Source: an uncultured Verrucomicrobiales bacterium (GTDB lineage Bacteria > Verrucomicrobiota > Verrucomicrobiia > Verrucomicrobiales > DEV007). Taken from it: a stretch of 11,327 nucleotides of DNA. Of this stretch, positions 7,661 to 11,327 are shown piece by piece. The notes below the pieces were generated by a model. It had not been told where the DNA came from. It saw nothing but the letters and a program-made list of their open reading frames with translations, and made no database searches. The stretch is taken from assembly GCA_938091905.1 (NCBI GenBank), contig CALKOM010000039.1, forward strand, positions 1 to 11,327, read 5' to 3'. The translations under genes were made by a program, and so were the position numbers. Every line of letters starts with the position of its first letter. Within the stretch, counting starts at the first letter, position 1.

Positions 7661-7857
7661 GCCTTTCCGTGAAACCGGTCGCCCGTCTGCCCGCCATGAC
7701 AAAGGCACGACTCACGGAAGGCATCGCGGGAGGCGAATGGAAGGATCGCCTCCCCAGAGCGTCCCCTTGCCGAACTCCTCAAAGTGAGTCGACTCATCAT
7801 TCCCCGGAGTGACCTCGGAGGACACACCTTGATCATCAAGGGCCTTGCCAGGACGCT
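7661..7857. repeat. Cluster of inverted repeats (possible structured RNA or miniature element)
   Basis: Stems at 7661-7672/7712-7722, 7728-7736/7746-7754 and 7758-7764/7851-7857; palindrome at 7785-7796; inverted repeat at 7827-7841. Confidence 0.55.
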
Positions 7858-7870
7858 TGCTCTACATGTC

Positions 7871-7972
7871 TCAGGTAAGCCAGCCGAGCGGCAAATCATC
7901 CACCATCGCGAAGATGCCGATGGCCACGGCTGCGGTTTTTAGAAAGGTAGGACGGATGGTTTCACTACTCAT
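7871..7972 (-). pseudogene. Possible decayed 5' remnant of a Tat-exported protein gene (33-codon ORF)
   Basis: MSSETIRPTFLKTAAVAIGIFAMVDDLPLGWLT*. RPTFLK resembles the twin-arginine motif RRxFLK and is followed by a hydrophobic stretch; a second in-frame stop comes two codons after the first. Confidence 0.35.
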
Positions 7973-8033
7973 GATTTCATTGAAGGTTCCGCTTCTTCGG
8001 AAAGGCGTCACAAATGGTAGTGGTGACTTTTAG

Positions 8034-8061
8034 TCGCCATCGAATCGTCATTCGGTACAAT
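8034..8061 (+). promoter_or_regulatory. Candidate sigma70-type promoter for the second aldolase
   Basis: TACAAT at 8056-8061 with a weak -35 (TCGCCA, 8034-8039, 16-nt spacer); 15 nt before the ATG at 8077. Confidence 0.3.
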
Positions 8062-8076
8062 TCAATAAAACGTGAA

Positions 8077-8844
8077 ATGTCTGCAAACATCCTAAAACAG
8101 AAACTAGTTCAAGGCGAGACCGTCTACGGAACCTTGATTCAGAACACGATCAGCCCGGCGTTGGTCGACGCGATCCCCGCTGGGACTCTGGACTTCGCGA
8201 TTGTGTCGGATGAGCACACGGCTTTCGACATTGGTGATTTCCTGGCCATGCGACACGCATTCGCCGCGAAAGGAATCGCCTGCCTCGCGCGAACGCACAG
8301 CCGAAGTCCCGACGATGTCGCCAAAGTTTGCGACACCTATGATGGAGTCGTCGTTCCCTACGTGGAAGACTACGAAGAATGTCAGGAACTGGCTGCCGCT
8401 GCCGTTTATCGTCCTTTGAAGGGAGTCGCACTGGACAAGGTCTTGTCAGCGGGAGAGTGGCCGACAAAAGCGACTCAGGACTACGTTGAAGACAGGAACA
8501 AGGATACAATCTTTGTCCCAATGATCGAGTCCGTGAGAGGCGTCGAGAACTTGGACAAGATTTGCTCGATCCCCGGAGTCTCCGCAGTGTTCGTGGGGCC
8601 GAACGACATGACCGTCAACATGGGCATTCCCAACGAGTACGACCACAAAGACTTCATCGCCATCTTGCAACGCATCATCGACACGGCCAATGCTAGGCAC
8701 GTGGCAGCGGGCTGCTGGTTTGGCAACGAGTCTCAAGCCCTTCGAACCATCCGCCAGGGCGCACGGTTCGTGGTGTTCTCAAACGATGGTCTGCTCTTCA
8801 ATAAGGCAATCTCAGAATCGTTTGCGAAAGTGAAGCGAGACTAA
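8077..8844 (+). CDS. Divergent HpcH/HpaI-family aldolase
   Basis: MSANILKQKLVQGETVYGT is a typical family N-terminus, so ATG 8077 is preferred over 8014. Motifs LDFAIVSDEH, LART, DGVVVPYVE, MIES...NLDKICSIPGVSAVFVGPNDMT, QGARFVVFSND. Confidence 0.88.
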   Translation: MSANILKQKLVQGETVYGTLIQNTISPALVDAIPAGTLDFAIVSDEHTAFDIGDFLAMRHAFAAKGIACLARTHSRSPDDVAKVCDTYDGVVVPYVEDYEECQELAAAAVYRPLKGVALDKVLSAGEWPTKATQDYVEDRNKDTIFVPMIESVRGVENLDKICSIPGVSAVFVGPNDMTVNMGIPNEYDHKDFIAILQRIIDTANARHVAAGCWFGNESQALRTIRQGARFVVFSNDGLLFNKAISESFAKVKRD

Positions 8845-8987
8845 CGTTCCGCGAAATGGCTGCTTGAGCTGAGACATAAGCTGAGAATCAGTTGACCAAT
8901 AGGCCTGGTACTTCTTAATCTGGCACGCCTTCACCCTATCTCCTAAGTCCGCAAACAAACTCAAGGACCTACCACTCAACGATGCCC

Positions 8988-11327
8988 TCATGGCAGCCGG
9001 ACTCGGAGCCTCGCAAAGGCTGGTGCCACGATACGCGCTTCAATGGTGATCGTGCCATCTTGGTTCGGCAACGGCTCTGATGTCATGCCGTCGAACAACT
9101 CCCATTCTAACAAATCAGTCGATGTTTCGATCAGAACATCAGTGGCATCCGTTTGGTTGTTTCGGCGGTAGGTGAGGATACCTTCCCGAATTTCAATATT
9201 GGGAACACTCGCCCCATCCTTGGGATCGGAATTCAGGACATACTCCACACCGTTTATCACACCATCTCCGTCTGGATCGGACGTGGTTGCCGCAATGGTA
9301 GGTTCACTAGCTTGCTCACCAAAGTGGCGCTCAAGCCACCTATCAAATCCAGACTGTCCATCGTCATCGGCCCTTCCCGGAGTCCCACCCACGATAGAAC
9401 TCGTCGCCCATTGATCCGGTGCAGACAGATCTGACATTGGTTCGGGGGCCACCAAGACCAGGGAGGGCCCACTTCCATCAGCAGCCTCTGGCCATGGAGC
9501 AGTGTCATTGTAAGAGAAATCAATCACCTGATCGCCGTCAGCATTGGCCAGGACGATACGCTCTCCATCATTGCTCAGCTGACCGCTGAATTGGCCTGCG
9601 AGTGGCAGATTCTCACCATAGCGAGTTTCAAACGCGGCCTGGCTTCCTACCAAGACCAGTCGTTCACCAGGTCCCATCCGTGTGAACTTTGCTTCCTCGA
9701 ATTGAAACCGAATTCCCTCGACGAAGTTCAACCCGGTCAAATCAATGGCGTCTTCACTAACATTAATCAGTTCAAGGAATTCAAAGTCTTGCCGCTGCCC
9801 AAACCCCAAGGCAACTTCGTCCTCTGTTGCCGCCGCGGGTCGATAGTGAATCTCGGACACCACAAGGTCTCCTCGTTCTGGGAACCTGCTACCGGTAAAA
9901 AATGTGGCTTCGCTCAGCGCACTCCACCCTTTCAATCTCTTCAGGACCCGTGATCGCACCGTCACTTTGGTAGGCAATGCAATCGCTTCGTCATACACAA
10001 TGGCACTATCAGAAACCTCTCCCGTGTCAGGGTCTCGAGGATCAGAGCCATCCAGCGTGAAATAGATCGTCCCGGGGCTCAAGAGTGATGAATCGGGCGA
10101 ACTCAGGGTTAACATGCTATCACTATCAAAGAACCCACCACCGCTAGCCTGCCCCCCGATCCGAAACTCTGTGGCATCCACGTCCGGATAGAGACCATCC
10201 TTGATGAACTGATTGACGACGATCTCCGTGCGTCTTGGAAACCACTCGTTCACAATGCGATCGCGTTCCCGCACCCAGTCGACGTCACGAGTGTAAGGCC
10301 GAGAGCGTTTCGAATCTCCCCAGCGCGCAGACTCGGCCACGATTGCTTTGTCGATAAATGCGATCCGTTCCAGGTAGAATGCAGCCACGTTCTCCGGGGC
10401 TAACAAACCATCATTGAATAGGTAACGGTGCACGCGATCCGCAAAGCGCAGGCGATACTCGGAGTTCTTCCTCATCTCGAAATGCAACTTGGCGGGATTC
10501 TCGGTGCCCCGGCGTTCACTCACATCTTCACTCACTCTATCCAAGGTGAACTCCGAGTCCCATCGAAAGAAACGAAACCGCCCCGCCGGATCCCGCTGAC
10601 GCATGGCATAGAAGTTCTTCGGTTGCGTCGCGCTCACACCCAGACCGGTAGGCCCGTCCAAATCTCCTGTGTAAAGCAGACCAATGGTGTAATCGATCAG
10701 TTGATCGACGTCTACCAATTCTATCATTGACTCATAGTTGTCGGGATCCGACAGGTCGCGCCCGGACCGTTGAAACAACTCCGCCCAGGCCGTGCGGTTG
10801 CCCGCAATCATGAGGGCTTGCGAGGAACCACCAGCCCGCAGACCTTTGAAGGCATCATACTCATCTTTGTCACCGCCGTAATTCTCCGCGCCGAAGGAAT
10901 CGTCTGGCCGTTCGTGAAAGTTATAGAGTCCCCAGTAGAGCCCGTTCAAATAGAGATGCACCCAATGACCACGTGACGTGAAATGGTTAGGATCCATTCC
11001 TTGCAAATCGCGGGCGAATTGGTTGCGCATCATCTGCGTCGAGGGATGGCCGGTGGCCCAACCCTGATTGTGCCCTGTGCGAATCGTAATGGTATCAAAA
11101 GTCTCCGTGCCGCGTTCGGGAAAGAGTGGGTAACGCAGCTTGGCCTTGCCGTAGATATCCTTGAATTTCAGCCGAAACGAATGCTTGGGATTCTCGGTAA
11201 GACGACTGAAGTTGCCATTGATGGCGATACCGCAATCAATGGCAAAGCCATCGCCTCCACGATGACCTTCGTAACCCTCCGGAAAGAAGTATTCAGCCGA
11301 GCACGGCACCTCGAAGCCACGTCGATC
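8988..11327 (-). CDS. CotH-kinase-family multidomain protein (CotH + Fn3-associated/CHB_HEX-like + lamin-tail domain + C-terminal tail), 5'-truncated
   Basis: Frame is open to the window edge (DRRGFEVPCSAEYF...). CotH motifs KHSFRLKFK, VHLYLNGLYWGLYNFHER, KNFY, RWDSE, AIVAESARWGD. IYFTLDGSDP (~10040-10067). Lamin-tail motifs LVVSEIHYRP, FEFLELIN, GQLSNDGERIVL, WPEAADGSGPSL, GGTPG. Tail WLERHFG...DPDGDGVINGVEYVLNSDP...STDLLEW...FARLRV. Confidence 0.88.
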   Translation of the reverse strand, partial: DRRGFEVPCSAEYFFPEGYEGHRGGDGFAIDCGIAINGNFSRLTENPKHSFRLKFKDIYGKAKLRYPLFPERGTETFDTITIRTGHNQGWATGHPSTQMMRNQFARDLQGMDPNHFTSRGHWVHLYLNGLYWGLYNFHERPDDSFGAENYGGDKDEYDAFKGLRAGGSSQALMIAGNRTAWAELFQRSGRDLSDPDNYESMIELVDVDQLIDYTIGLLYTGDLDGPTGLGVSATQPKNFYAMRQRDPAGRFRFFRWDSEFTLDRVSEDVSERRGTENPAKLHFEMRKNSEYRLRFADRVHRYLFNDGLLAPENVAAFYLERIAFIDKAIVAESARWGDSKRSRPYTRDVDWVRERDRIVNEWFPRRTEIVVNQFIKDGLYPDVDATEFRIGGQASGGGFFDSDSMLTLSSPDSSLLSPGTIYFTLDGSDPRDPDTGEVSDSAIVYDEAIALPTKVTVRSRVLKRLKGWSALSEATFFTGSRFPERGDLVVSEIHYRPAAATEDEVALGFGQRQDFEFLELINVSEDAIDLTGLNFVEGIRFQFEEAKFTRMGPGERLVLVGSQAAFETRYGENLPLAGQFSGQLSNDGERIVLANADGDQVIDFSYNDTAPWPEAADGSGPSLVLVAPEPMSDLSAPDQWATSSIVGGTPGRADDDGQSGFDRWLERHFGEQASEPTIAATTSDPDGDGVINGVEYVLNSDPKDGASVPNIEIREGILTYRRNNQTDATDVLIETSTDLLEWELFDGMTSEPLPNQDGTITIEARIVAPAFARLRVRLP

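Noticed and set aside
7728..7754. 9-bp GC hairpin as an intrinsic terminator
   Set aside because: No U-tract on either strand and it lies between divergent genes; kept only as part of the structured-region finding.
7615..7899. 94-aa minus-strand ORF containing SCLCHG
   Set aside because: CxCH is not CxxCH; no signal peptide or clear RBS; composition is not protein-like; overlaps the inverted-repeat cluster.
8020..8054. Two small hairpins (GTGGTGACT/AGTCGCCAT and CGAAT/ATTCG)
   Set aside because: Short, one relies on G-U pairs; no function can be supported.
8014..8076. Upstream ATG extension of the second aldolase
   Set aside because: The extra 21 residues do not fit the family N-terminus and cover a candidate -10 element; 8077 preferred.
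8867..8886. Direct repeat AGCTGAGA x2 after the aldolase stop
   Set aside because: Two 8-bp copies only; no array, and no convincing terminator in the 8845-8987 spacer.
6002..8907. Short words shared between intergenic regions (ATAGGCCTG at 6002 and 8899; CCTCGGAG at 6022 and 7813)
   Set aside because: Isolated 8-9-mers with no extended similarity; compatible with chance.
1..11327. CRISPR array, tRNA/rRNA, transposase, integrase, phage or defence genes
   Set aside because: No regularly spaced repeats, RNA-gene signatures or matching protein motifs were seen.

Overview
Bacterial, gene-dense window. The protein families point to the PVC superphylum (Verrucomicrobia/Planctomycetes-like; inference). 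Left to right: a 5'-truncated ROK-family sugar kinase and an HpcH/HpaI class II aldolase (+ strand, lower GC); a minus-strand, translationally coupled pair that looks like a PVC-type heme-binding CxxCH dehydrogenase split into two genes (ThuA-like + HEAT + cytochrome c gene, then a beta-propeller + HEAT + beta-sandwich gene with no heme motif); a secreted Asp-box beta-propeller glycosidase-like gene (-); a ~500 bp intergenic region dense in inverted repeats with a possible decayed gene start; a second, divergent HpcH-type aldolase (+); and the 3' part of a CotH-kinase/lamin-tail secreted protein (-). No rRNA, tRNA, CRISPR array or transposase was recognised. Best leads: the split and re-fused heme-dehydrogenase pair, the structured intergenic region at 7661-7857, and altered active-site motifs in the kinase and second aldolase. 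All family calls come from motifs recognised by eye; no database search was run.
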